Shown: positions 1 to 8,865 of the stretch, piece after piece | Layout of the letters: each line of letters opens with the position of its first letter | Numbering within the stretch: position 1 is the first letter of the stretch | Virus record (IMG/VR): IMGVR_UViG_3300037852_000220 | Location: 1 to 64,000 of that record | DNA length: 64,000 nucleotides | Reading direction: 5' to 3' (one strand) | Source of the DNA: a virus | Program-made: the position numbers and the translations under genes | The notes under the pieces: model-generated | Told to the model about the DNA's origin: nothing | Database searches by the model: none | The model's input: only the letters and a program-made list of their open reading frames with translations

Positions 1-122
1 CTGAGGCCGCTGCGCAAGCCGTGGAAGCGGCGATCGTGAAAGCACCCGGCTTCGGTGATGGTCCGAGCGGCCTGAAGCATGATCCGATTTTGCGTGCCGG
101 CGAAGACTTCGGAGCCGAATGA
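1..122 (+). CDS. 3' fragment of upstream hypothetical protein (partial at window edge)
   Basis: frame-3 ORF open from window start to TGA at 120-122; stop overlaps next start as ATGA. Confidence 0.35.
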   Translation, partial: EAAAQAVEAAIVKAPGFGDGPSGLKHDPILRAGEDFGAE

Positions 123-499
123 TGAAGCCGCTTATTATCGACACAACGGTACACGGCCTGGTCGTGATTGATCACTCCGCGGGTGACAAGGAATCTACCG
201 CTGCTGAAGGCGTAGCAGAGACGCAAAAATGGGTTGATGCAGCCACGAAGATCTTTGCCGATTTCGGTTTCGTTTTGACCAACGGTTGGTGGAAACACGA
301 GGAGTCGGGCGTCTACGCGGCGGTCGACGATGCGCGTATGGGTCCGGGGCGTGTAGCGGCGGTATACGCCCATCGGATCGATTCGGTCGGGACCGACTAC
401 ATGCAAGGGCTTGTCACAATGCCATGGTACGGCGATGGTGCCGACATCGAGACGTGCAAACGCCTGCTCAAAAACGCCATCGCAACCGTACGAGGCTGA
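119..499 (+). CDS. hypothetical protein (126 aa)
   Basis: ORF track; tight packing with neighbours on same strand. Confidence 0.55.
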   Translation: MMKPLIIDTTVHGLVVIDHSAGDKESTAAEGVAETQKWVDAATKIFADFGFVLTNGWWKHEESGVYAAVDDARMGPGRVAAVYAHRIDSVGTDYMQGLVTMPWYGDGADIETCKRLLKNAIATVRG

Positions 500-500
500 T

Positions 501-770
501 ATGCGAGGAGTCAAAGCAAAACGTTGTCGTCAAGTCGCACGCGCTACGTGTGATGCATCAATCACCGAGATGTCCGGACGAGGTTTTAAGATACCTGAAG
601 TTCTCGGCAAAGACATCAATGGCGACGTTGTTCTGCAAGACGGAAAGCCCATTGTCCTGACTGCAGCATACATTCGCTACACGATGTTCTGGCCACGCAA
701 TTCGTATCGCCGTTCGTTGCGCGAGACGAAAACCGGAAAGCCTTGCGCTTGGATCAATGAGCGTAGCTAA
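501..770 (+). CDS. hypothetical protein (89 aa)
   Basis: in-frame ATG at 501 immediately after preceding stop, GAGG 5 nt upstream; the listed 411 start would overlap the previous gene. Confidence 0.5.
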   Translation: MRGVKAKRCRQVARATCDASITEMSGRGFKIPEVLGKDINGDVVLQDGKPIVLTAAYIRYTMFWPRNSYRRSLRETKTGKPCAWINERS

Positions 771-1013
771 ATGAGCCGCGTCTATTACGCACTAGCCTTC
801 GCGGGCCGAGTGTTGCATGTTGACAACAATGCCGTAGAGTGTAATAAGGTCCGCGACAAGGTTCGGGAAGAGTTCCCCGAGCAGGCTGAACGCATCGTCG
901 TGCGACAGTTGCCTTATCCATCAACAAACACTGTCGAAGGCGCATTCGAATGGATCAATTCCTTGCTCTCAGGCGAGGTTTTGAGTACACTGTCGGATCA
1001 GGAGGTAGCGTAA
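771..1013 (+). CDS. hypothetical protein (80 aa)
   Basis: ORF track, contiguous operon. Confidence 0.5.
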   Translation: MSRVYYALAFAGRVLHVDNNAVECNKVRDKVREEFPEQAERIVVRQLPYPSTNTVEGAFEWINSLLSGEVLSTLSDQEVA

Positions 1014-1418
1014 ATGGGGCAAGCAAAGAACCGCGGTACCAAGGAGCAACGCATCGCAGCAGCAGTTGCTGCGGGCCGCCACGCTGGCGCACCCGAGCGC
1101 ACCAAGCCTTACCAGAATCGCATGCCATTGACCACCCCAATGCTGAACTATCTGTGGGGGCAATTCAAGGTCGTGGGCGACCGGACGATCAACGAGATCC
1201 GCTCCGAAGCACTGCTGGCCCAGAAGGCGGCGCAAGCGCGGCGCTTCGCCGAATCGCAGCAGGCTTCGGCGCAAAATCTTGTCGACGAGAAAACGTTCAA
1301 GACGAACGCCCACGTGATCGAGGAAATGATCAAGGGACCGGCGCAAGCGGAATTGCTACAGCTGGACAGCGGTATCGACCAGGGGGCCAAAGATTTGATG
1401 GCCATGCTCAATGGCTGA
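1014..1418 (+). CDS. hypothetical protein (134 aa)
   Basis: ORF track. Confidence 0.55.
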   Translation: MGQAKNRGTKEQRIAAAVAAGRHAGAPERTKPYQNRMPLTTPMLNYLWGQFKVVGDRTINEIRSEALLAQKAAQARRFAESQQASAQNLVDEKTFKTNAHVIEEMIKGPAQAELLQLDSGIDQGAKDLMAMLNG

Positions 1419-2325
1419 ACGACGCATTGGCGAACGTCCGGTTGAAAATGAATGTCTTCAATGTAAGAAGGCATTCCCACAACCCATTCGCATACAAGGC
1501 GGGGGTGTTCGCAGTGTTTATTGCTCTCCAAAATGTCGCTCGTTGAATTGGGCACATGGCAATAGAGGTAAACGTCAGGCTACAATTTTGAAATACGAAA
1601 GTTCGCCGGATTTCAAAGAGAAGAAGAAAAGATGGCAAAAACTCGGACGCGCGCGTAAATACGGCTGGACATACGCTCGCTTTCAAACTCAATTGAGTAG
1701 GCAGGACCATCGATGTTACGGATGTCATTGCGCTATTGACGAAGAAACTGCACGTATCGACCATTGTCACGAAACCGAACGGGTCAGAGGTCTTTTGTGC
1801 AATGCATGTAACACAGGTCTTGGTTTGTTACGAGACAACCCTATGACATTGCGTCGCCTGTGGGCGTATCTTGATTATAAAATCGAACAACCGTGCGTAT
1901 ATTTGGCCGGGGCATTAAAAAATCCGCGAATCCCGGAGATCGGCAATGCTATTCGCTCGATCGGATTTGATGTTATGGACGAGTGGTGGACCCCCGGTGA
2001 GCATGCCGATACAAATTGGCAATTGTATGAACGAATTCGAGGACGAACATTTGAACAGGCTCTTGATGGACGTTCCGCACGAAACACTGTTGCGTTTGAT
2101 CAGGCGTTTATCGATTTGAGCGACATTTTTGTCAACGTTGCCCCCAGTGGTAAATCTGCAATGCTTGAAATGGGATACGCCAAGGCATGTGGAAAATACA
2201 CCATTCTGTTTCTAGATGGGCATCAACCCGAACGTTATGATGTGATGCCCGCATTAGTTGACGCCACGATTTTGGAAGAGCCCCAATTGATCGAAGTGAT
2301 TCGAACCATAGGAGCGAAGCTATGA
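1411..2325 (+). CDS. Cys-rich N-term + Endonuclease VII-type HNH nuclease fused to nucleoside 2-deoxyribosyltransferase/DNPH1(Rcl)-like domain
   Basis: EndoVII signature RCYGCHCAIDEE..IDHCHETERVRGLLCNACNTGLGLL; C-terminal VYLAGAL...VNVAPSGKSAMLEMGYAKACGKYTILFL resembles deoxyribosyltransferase/DNPH1 core with candidate catalytic Glu. Confidence 0.7.
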   Translation: MAERRIGERPVENECLQCKKAFPQPIRIQGGGVRSVYCSPKCRSLNWAHGNRGKRQATILKYESSPDFKEKKKRWQKLGRARKYGWTYARFQTQLSRQDHRCYGCHCAIDEETARIDHCHETERVRGLLCNACNTGLGLLRDNPMTLRRLWAYLDYKIEQPCVYLAGALKNPRIPEIGNAIRSIGFDVMDEWWTPGEHADTNWQLYERIRGRTFEQALDGRSARNTVAFDQAFIDLSDIFVNVAPSGKSAMLEMGYAKACGKYTILFLDGHQPERYDVMPALVDATILEEPQLIEVIRTIGAKL

Positions 2326-3137
2326 ACACGTACCTGCGCAACAATCTCCACAATTGCATCATGACCTTGGCAGTCGCCTTCATCGGCATTGCCATCGGTT
2401 ATTTCATTGCGCCTCAGGCAGCGCCATGTGAAGCCACGAAAACCGTTCTTACGATTCCGGGCGAGGGTTATTCCGTCGCACTACCGGCAACGTTCACGCG
2501 CGATCAGATGGAATTGCTCGACTTGGCACGTCAGACCGCAGTGGCTGACCAACTGCCGCATCCGCAGCTGCTTCAAGGCATTCTGATGCAGGAAACTCTA
2601 GCAGGCGCGCTACCGGCCTACAAGGTCGCAGGACAGGAGGCCGGCCTCCGACCCAATGAAAGGTACTACGGCGTCTACCAAATCAAGCTGGCGGCCGCCC
2701 GTGACGTCCTGAAGCGCTTTCCGGAGCTATGGGCCCAATACGATTTCCAGACACACATGGACGAAGAGGTGATTGCGCAGCTGATCGAGAACGATGCGTT
2801 CAGCACCGCGGTAGCCAGCAAGTATCTTAAGATTCTGTCGGACTCGGGCTATCACTCTGCCGGCGCCATGGCCGTGGCCTATAACAAAGGGCCAGGCGGA
2901 GCCATGGGCGTGATAGTCAGCGCTGACTCTTACGCAGTAGGGGTGTCCCGCCATATGGCGAAACTGGCACCTATCGCGCCGGCCGTGTATCATGTTCAAC
3001 CTGGCGATTCGCTTAGCAAGATTGCGGCAGCTGTCCACAAGGACATGGCTGCCATTTTCGAGCGGAATCGATGGGCGTTCGTCAAAGGGGATCCGAATAC
3101 CCTAATGGCAAGTGTCGACATTCAACTGCCTCGCTGA
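2322..3137 (+). CDS. membrane-anchored lytic transglycosylase (SLT domain) with C-terminal LysM
   Basis: N-terminal TM helix; SLT motifs LMQETLAG, YYGVYQIK, AYNKGPG; C-terminal YHVQPGDSLSKIA LysM-like. Confidence 0.7.
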   Translation: MNTYLRNNLHNCIMTLAVAFIGIAIGYFIAPQAAPCEATKTVLTIPGEGYSVALPATFTRDQMELLDLARQTAVADQLPHPQLLQGILMQETLAGALPAYKVAGQEAGLRPNERYYGVYQIKLAAARDVLKRFPELWAQYDFQTHMDEEVIAQLIENDAFSTAVASKYLKILSDSGYHSAGAMAVAYNKGPGGAMGVIVSADSYAVGVSRHMAKLAPIAPAVYHVQPGDSLSKIAAAVHKDMAAIFERNRWAFVKGDPNTLMASVDIQLPR

Positions 3138-3143
3138 GCCGCT

Positions 3144-3674
3144 ATGTTTGATTGGCTGAAGACGATACTGGACGGCCTATGGGGACATCTACTCCCATTC
3201 ACGGTGATCCACCAATACGAACGAGGCGGCGTGTTTCGGTTGGGGCTTTACAACCGCACGCTGGAGCCCGGGTTCCATTGGAGATGGCCGTTGGCTGAGC
3301 AAATCGTGACCGAGCATACAGTCACGACGACTCTGGCTCTGGAGCCGCAAACGATCACGACGAAGGACAACAAGTCAGTCGTGGTGAGCGGTATTGTACG
3401 ATACCGGATCGTTAATGTTCAATCGTTTGTATGCGAAATCAGCAGTCCGCATGACGTCCTGCGCGATACGAGTATGGGCTCGGTTCTGAAACAGACGCGA
3501 CAAATCGAATTGCGCACACTGCTGGACGAACCGCCGGAAAGCAAAATTGCTTCAGACATTCGTCGACAGGTCAAAGAGTTCGGCATCGAGATCGATTCGT
3601 TCACTTTTATCGACATTGGGCAGATTCGCACCTTGCGCCTGATCACTCACACCCACGCACTTCCGGGGGTATGA
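3144..3674 (+). CDS. SPFH/band-7 (stomatin/HflKC-like) domain protein
   Basis: VIHQYERGGVFRLG...TKDNKSVVVSGIVRYRI pattern typical of SPFH domain. Confidence 0.6.
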   Translation: MFDWLKTILDGLWGHLLPFTVIHQYERGGVFRLGLYNRTLEPGFHWRWPLAEQIVTEHTVTTTLALEPQTITTKDNKSVVVSGIVRYRIVNVQSFVCEISSPHDVLRDTSMGSVLKQTRQIELRTLLDEPPESKIASDIRRQVKEFGIEIDSFTFIDIGQIRTLRLITHTHALPGV

Positions 3675-3677
3675 CTA

Positions 3678-3845
3678 TGAAGTGGATTTTGTGTTTCGTC
3701 GCAGGCGCATTCGTAGGGGCAGCGTTTGTCGCCCTTGGAGAAAACATCGCAGTCGACTCAGTTGTCGAATGCATCAAACAACCCGACTCATGCGGCATCG
3801 AGGAAGAAGATCTCGACCCGCAAGAACAGTTGGTTCCCGCTTAAT
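3678..3845 (+). CDS. small membrane protein (55 aa), possible SPFH partner
   Basis: ATG 4 nt after SPFH stop; MKWILCFVAGAFVGAAFVALG TM helix; below 60-aa cutoff of ORF track. Confidence 0.35.
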
Positions 3846-3862
3846 CCACCTCAGGAGCAGCA

Positions 3863-4150
3863 ATGGCCGCCAAGCCTTTCAAGAATGCAATGACCCTCGA
3901 TGAATTCGGAACGAAGCACGACAGAACCGTTTTCATTCCGGCGCGCATCACGCAGACGTTGAAGATGCTCGGCGATGCGGGAATGTATGACATGGATTTC
4001 CTTCGCGAAGCCAAGGTTTCGACGAATGATATCGGACCTTTCCGAGAACAATTTGAAGGTCACACGGTCATTGTCCGCGAGAACGGCAAATCCAAGATCG
4101 TGTGGTTTGGAACAATCGCAGCAGCGGCAAAGGCCCGCGACAAGGTGTAA
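3863..4150 (+). CDS. hypothetical protein (95 aa)
   Basis: ORF track. Confidence 0.5.
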   Translation: MAAKPFKNAMTLDEFGTKHDRTVFIPARITQTLKMLGDAGMYDMDFLREAKVSTNDIGPFREQFEGHTVIVRENGKSKIVWFGTIAAAAKARDKV

Positions 4151-4152
4151 GC

Positions 4153-5625
4153 ATGAAAACAATAAGCCTCGAAGAATTTGAACGCCGGCACCACCCAATG
4201 CACGATGAGGGTGAACAGATCCATCAATTCGATCTGGACATCCGCTCGGGGATGAGGTTTATCGTTACTGCAGCCCAGAACGCCACTCCGGTTCATCCGG
4301 AGTGGTGGTCCTGCCTTACCGGCATGGCAAAGGCGAAAGACGCGCAACTGGTCGTCATTCCGTTGCGCTACAAGAACCCGACGAGCCGCTGGACCGGTAG
4401 TCAGCGTAACGACGATTATTGGGTCAGCGCAGTCATGCCGTACTTGTTCAACGGCCGGCACGAGTTCAACAAGAACCTTATGCTGCTCGGTGACATCAAG
4501 ATCCAGCCGACAGCAAGCAGCCCGCTGACGGGGTCGGATGCACTGTCGTTCGCTTCGTCGGGCATCATCGGTCACACGAAGATGCAGCTGCGCTCGATCG
4601 CCACTCCTAGCAATCGGATGGCGAAGATCCTGACCACGACGGGCGCCTGCACGGTGGAAAACTACACCGATTCTCGAGCCGGCAAGACCGGCGAATTCCA
4701 CCACTCGCTGTCGGCGATCATGGTCGAAGTCGTTGGTTCGAAGTTCTTCCTGCGTCAGCTGCACTTCGACAAGAAAACGAAATCGTGTACGGATATCGGC
4801 ATGCAGTACTTCGCCGACGGATCGTTCGGCGTGGCCCCGCGCGCGCTGGCCCTCGTCATGGGTGACACGCACGTCGACTTCGTGGATCCGGGCGTCGAGC
4901 ATGCGACCTGGGGCCGCAACGGTATCGTTGAGGTAATTCGGCCCGAGCACGTCGTATGGCACGATACACTCGATGCGTACAGCTGCTCGCCACATCACGC
5001 CGGGGATCCGTTCATAGCCCGCGCGAAGCAGATGAGTGGTCGGCACAATGTGCGTGCCGAAGTGGAACGTGCGATCCAGTACGTTGCCACACACACCTCG
5101 GATCACTTCAAATCCATCGTGATCGCCAGCAACCACGACGATATGCTGGCCCGATGGGTCAAGCGGCACGATTGGAAGACGGATCCCTCGAACGCCGAGT
5201 TCTACCTGGAGCTCGCGCTGCGCATGCACCGCGGTACCCGGATGACGGATCACGGCACCGAGCATCCGGATCCGTTCGCGATGCTGTTGCGGGAAGCGAA
5301 CATCCCGACGCTGCGAGTGCTGGACCTGGACGAGTCGTTTGTGCTCGGCAATGTCGAGCTCAGCATGCACGGCGACAAGGGCCCGAATGGTGCGCGCGGT
5401 TCGATCAAGAACATCCGCAGGCTCGGCATCCGCTCGATTATCGGCCACAGTCACATTTACGGAATTGACGAGGGTTGCTACCAGGGCGGCACATCCTCGC
5501 GGCTGCGCCAGGATTGGAATCATGGCGCGAGCGCGTGGTTGAACGTACATATCCTGTTGAATCACGACGGTAAGCGTCAAGGTTTGGTGATGATCGAAGG
5601 TTTATGGAGAGGTGTATGTGGATAA
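4153..5625 (+). CDS. calcineurin-like metallophosphoesterase with ~250-aa N-terminal domain of unknown function
   Basis: motifs MGDTHVDF (GDxHxD), ASNHDD (GNHD/E), IGHSHIYG (GHxH); in-frame ATG 4153 after stop of previous gene. Confidence 0.7.
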   Translation: MKTISLEEFERRHHPMHDEGEQIHQFDLDIRSGMRFIVTAAQNATPVHPEWWSCLTGMAKAKDAQLVVIPLRYKNPTSRWTGSQRNDDYWVSAVMPYLFNGRHEFNKNLMLLGDIKIQPTASSPLTGSDALSFASSGIIGHTKMQLRSIATPSNRMAKILTTTGACTVENYTDSRAGKTGEFHHSLSAIMVEVVGSKFFLRQLHFDKKTKSCTDIGMQYFADGSFGVAPRALALVMGDTHVDFVDPGVEHATWGRNGIVEVIRPEHVVWHDTLDAYSCSPHHAGDPFIARAKQMSGRHNVRAEVERAIQYVATHTSDHFKSIVIASNHDDMLARWVKRHDWKTDPSNAEFYLELALRMHRGTRMTDHGTEHPDPFAMLLREANIPTLRVLDLDESFVLGNVELSMHGDKGPNGARGSIKNIRRLGIRSIIGHSHIYGIDEGCYQGGTSSRLRQDWNHGASAWLNVHILLNHDGKRQGLVMIEGLWRGVCG

Positions 5626-5974
5626 AGATGAAAAGGCCAAATTCCATCAGCGCCCGGCGTGTTGTCCGCCAGAAGCTTGGGAAGATTGGTCGATGCCGGC
5701 GTATGTAGATCCTGCCAATTCGTTTGACTGGATTTGCGGCGACTGCAACCCGGCATACAAAGCAAAGATGATGGCGCAAGGCAAGTGTGACTGGCCTTGC
5801 GTCGAGTTTTTTCTGATGCCAATCATTGACAACGGTCGCGTCATCGGTAACGAGATCCAAGGTCGACGCATGTCGATTCCCAACTACCGCGGGTATCCGG
5901 AGGGGCGAAAGATTATTCGCATCGTGGACGCGAAGAAAGGTGTGTACGAACTAGAGCCTGAGAAGCCTAGATGA
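5612..5974 (+). CDS. Cys-rich hypothetical protein
   Basis: ORF track; CCPP..WICGDCNP..KCDWPC cysteine pattern. Confidence 0.45.
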   Translation: MYVDKDEKAKFHQRPACCPPEAWEDWSMPAYVDPANSFDWICGDCNPAYKAKMMAQGKCDWPCVEFFLMPIIDNGRVIGNEIQGRRMSIPNYRGYPEGRKIIRIVDAKKGVYELEPEKPR

Positions 5975-7644
5975 GACTTCGACCGTATCAGTCCGATCTC
6001 GAAGCGGCCGTCTACGCCGCCTGGGATCGAGGGGTTCAAAACATCCTCGCCGTGGCTGCCACGGGCTCTGGGAAGACCGTGATCTTCTCGGACGTCATAC
6101 AGCGTCACCGCGCCGCCAGCGTAGCTGTAGCGCACCGGCAAGAGCTCGTGGGTCAGATCAGCCTGGCGGTGGCTCGCAACGGAGTTCGACACCGTTTGAT
6201 AGGCCCTGCGTCGGTTGCGAAGGATTGCATGCAGCTGCACATGCTGGAACTCGGGCGCAATTACATCGAGCCGGGCGCGCCGGCCGCCGTAGCCGGCGTC
6301 GACACGCTGATCCGGATGAATCCGAGGGATCCTTGGTTCAAACAGGTCACTCTCGGGATTCAGGATGAAGCCCATCATTTGCTTCGAGACAACAAGTGGG
6401 GCAAAGCTGCGGCGATGTTCCCCAATGCGAAGTGGCTTGGTGTAACGGCCACGCCAATGCGTGCCGACGGGCGCGGGCTCGGACGCAATGCTGAAGGAAT
6501 TTTCGACACAATGGTTCAGGCGCCGGGCATGCGGGATTTGATTCGCATAGGGTACCTGACCGATTACCGAATATTCACCGTCCCATCTGACGTGGATTTG
6601 AGAAATGTTCCTATCTCTGCTGGTGGTGATTTCAGTCCAGAGCCACTCCGGAAAGCTGTCCACCGAAGTCACATTGTCGGGGATGTTGTCCAACACTATC
6701 ACCGAATCGCGGGTGGAAAACTCGGAGTCACTTTTGCCGTTGACGTCGAATCAGCCACGGCCATCAGTATCGCCTTCAACGCCTCAGGAGTCAAATCGAA
6801 GGTCGTTACTGCTGACACCCCAAACCGAGAGCGCGTTCAAGTTTTGCGAGCGTTCAGGAGACGTGAACTATTGCAATTGGTGAACGTGGATCTATTCGGC
6901 GAAGGATTCGATTTACCGGCGATCGAAGTCGTTAGTTTCGCCCGGCCGACGCATTCGTTTCCATTATATGCGCAGCAATTCGGTCGCACGCTACGAGTGA
7001 TGGTCGACGATATCTATTGGCCGTACTGGGACACATATTCCGATTTTGAACGGCTACAGATTATCGCGGCGTCCTCGAAACCGAATGGCATCATCATCGA
7101 CCACGTGGGGAACGTCGGACGCCATGGTCTGCCCGATCGCGCCCGAGGCTATAGTCTCGAAGGTCGCGACAAGCGCAGCAAGTCCGTCGCGGTCATCCCC
7201 GTGAGCACGTGCGGCAATTGCGGAGCAACCTATGAACGAATCGAGATTCGCTGTCCGTACTGCAGTACCTCCCCACTCGTTGTCGGACGTGGTTCCCCAG
7301 AGTTGGTTGACGGTGATTTGCATGAGCTCGATGCGGCCACACTGGAGCGTATGCGAGGCGAGATCGATGCTCCTCCAAATATCTGGTTCGGAGCACCGCC
7401 CGCGGTGGTTCAAGGTCTAACCGGCAACTATTGGAAGAAGCATCATGCGCAACAGCCGCTGCGCGCCGCCATTGCACAGTGGTGCGGTTATCGCACTCAG
7501 GATCCAGATCCCGCGAGCGACTCGGTGCGCCGGGCGATGAAAGAATTCTATTTGACATTCGGAGTCGATGTGATGAGCGCGCAGGCGTTGCCGGCCAGCG
7601 AGGCTACCGATCTGGCAGAACGTATTCAACGGAGCATCTCATGA
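5971..7644 (+). CDS. SF2 DEAD/DEAH-box DNA helicase
   Basis: Walker A ATGSGKT, DEAH box (IQDEAHH), C-terminal Zn-ribbon CGNCG..CPYC. Confidence 0.8.
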   Translation: MRLRPYQSDLEAAVYAAWDRGVQNILAVAATGSGKTVIFSDVIQRHRAASVAVAHRQELVGQISLAVARNGVRHRLIGPASVAKDCMQLHMLELGRNYIEPGAPAAVAGVDTLIRMNPRDPWFKQVTLGIQDEAHHLLRDNKWGKAAAMFPNAKWLGVTATPMRADGRGLGRNAEGIFDTMVQAPGMRDLIRIGYLTDYRIFTVPSDVDLRNVPISAGGDFSPEPLRKAVHRSHIVGDVVQHYHRIAGGKLGVTFAVDVESATAISIAFNASGVKSKVVTADTPNRERVQVLRAFRRRELLQLVNVDLFGEGFDLPAIEVVSFARPTHSFPLYAQQFGRTLRVMVDDIYWPYWDTYSDFERLQIIAASSKPNGIIIDHVGNVGRHGLPDRARGYSLEGRDKRSKSVAVIPVSTCGNCGATYERIEIRCPYCSTSPLVVGRGSPELVDGDLHELDAATLERMRGEIDAPPNIWFGAPPAVVQGLTGNYWKKHHAQQPLRAAIAQWCGYRTQDPDPASDSVRRAMKEFYLTFGVDVMSAQALPASEATDLAERIQRSIS

Positions 7645-7964
7645 ACATGGAAGAGTATGAATTGACGCTGCTATCCGAAGAGCTTGGCGAGACGATCGAT
7701 GAATGTCTGCAGGCGCAGAAGCGCATCAGCAAGTTGAAGCGGTTTGGACCCGATGAGGTTATGCCAGGTCAGCTTGTCGACAATGCCGCTCGATTGCGTA
7801 ACGAGATACTCGATGTATTGCTCTGCGTGGAAATGCTGACCGAGCGCGGTCTATTCAAACGCATTACGCAGCAGGACGTGAATCATGCGTATTTCGAACG
7901 CAAAGCCAAGATCGACAGCAATTTGGAGCGTTCGATTGTACAGGGTCGAGTCAATCCCACATGA
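7641..7964 (+). CDS. MazG-like nucleotide pyrophosphohydrolase (putative)
   Basis: ATG at 7641 overlaps helicase stop (ATGA); EELGETIDECLQA resembles MazG helix; size ~107 aa. Confidence 0.5.
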   Translation: MNMEEYELTLLSEELGETIDECLQAQKRISKLKRFGPDEVMPGQLVDNAARLRNEILDVLLCVEMLTERGLFKRITQQDVNHAYFERKAKIDSNLERSIVQGRVNPT

Positions 7965-8425
7965 GTCCATATGACGATTGGGCCGCCCGCTGGCCGCTGG
8001 CCGCCGCTGAGCTCCGAGCCATCGCGCTGCCTGCAATCGTGTCCACGGCACCCGCAGGGGCTGGCGAGGATTACGCGCAGGCCCAGGTGCGTCTGGAAGC
8101 ATCGAAGAAGGGCGGCCGCCTGTTCCGGAACAACGTCGGTGCGGCATACCTTACCGACGGTACGTTCGTTCGCTTCGGGCTGGCGAACGACAGCCCAGCG
8201 GTGAACAAGACCCTGAAGTCGGGCGATCTGATCGGCCCGATGCCGGTGCTGATCACGCCGGCCCATGTGGGTACAGTGATCGCCCAATTCACCAGCCGCG
8301 AGATCAAAAAGCCTGGCTGGAAGTATACCGGTACCGAGCGGGAGAAGGCTCAGCTGAATTGGGCGAACATGGTGAACAGCTTGGGCGGAAATGCCGCATT
8401 TGCCACGGGGCCTGGCAGTCTTTGA
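7961..8425 (+). CDS. VRR-NUC domain nuclease
   Basis: KKGGRLFRNNVG...SGDLIG...ITPAHVGTVIAQFTSREIKKPG pattern of VRR-NUC PD-(D/E)XK. Confidence 0.65.
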   Translation: MSPYDDWAARWPLAAAELRAIALPAIVSTAPAGAGEDYAQAQVRLEASKKGGRLFRNNVGAAYLTDGTFVRFGLANDSPAVNKTLKSGDLIGPMPVLITPAHVGTVIAQFTSREIKKPGWKYTGTEREKAQLNWANMVNSLGGNAAFATGPGSL

Positions 8426-8450
8426 CGCTACCGTCAACATGTGATATACT
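8422..8450 (+). promoter_or_regulatory. sigma70-like promoter TTGACG-17-TATACT with palindromic operator TTGACGCTACCGTCAA
   Basis: exact -35/-10 hexamers at canonical spacing 22 nt upstream of regulator gene. Confidence 0.5.
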
Positions 8451-8471
8451 GATCAGAACCGCGGAGTCCCA

Positions 8472-8774
8472 ATGACCAAACGCCTTGAACCGCTCGTTCG
8501 TCTCGAACAGATCCTCGATGCCGCCCTTCGCATGAGCCGCCTATACGGTTATCGCGATATGACTCGGAAAGACGTAGCGGGTGCCGCAAAGTGTTCCGAA
8601 GCGCTGGTCTCATCATACTTCGGCACGATGGTTCAATTGCGCCGGGCTGTCGTCAGAGCGGCCATTGATCAGAAGGATCTCGCGATAATCGGACAGGCAC
8701 TCGCGGCAAAAGACAAGCACGCTCAAAAAGCCCCGCTTGATCTGCGTGTTGCTGCGCTCGCCTCGCTGGCATGA
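8472..8774 (+). CDS. small HTH transcriptional regulator (TetR-like N-terminal HTH)
   Basis: LEQILDAALRMSRLYGYRDMTRKDVAGAAKCSEALVSSYF helix-turn-helix; sits behind palindromic promoter. Confidence 0.5.
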   Translation: MTKRLEPLVRLEQILDAALRMSRLYGYRDMTRKDVAGAAKCSEALVSSYFGTMVQLRRAVVRAAIDQKDLAIIGQALAAKDKHAQKAPLDLRVAALASLA

Positions 8775-8789
8775 GCCTCGCGGCTAACA

Positions 8790-8810
8790 ACACGACATCG
8801 CATGTCGTGT
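8790..8810. promoter_or_regulatory. 8-bp inverted repeat ACACGACA-N5-TGTCGTGT between regulator and primase genes
   Basis: seen in sequence; possible operator or weak terminator. Confidence 0.3.
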
Positions 8811-8865
8811 ATCTGCTTACTTTCCCCAACGGGAAAAAGTCGACAGCTATGCGAGGCCCACGAAA

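Noticed and set aside
4060-5580. 506-aa ORF on - strand antisense to metallophosphoesterase gene
   Set aside because: Arg/Ala-rich translation typical of antisense reading of high-GC coding DNA. The + strand ORF has clear enzyme motifs and fits operon direction.
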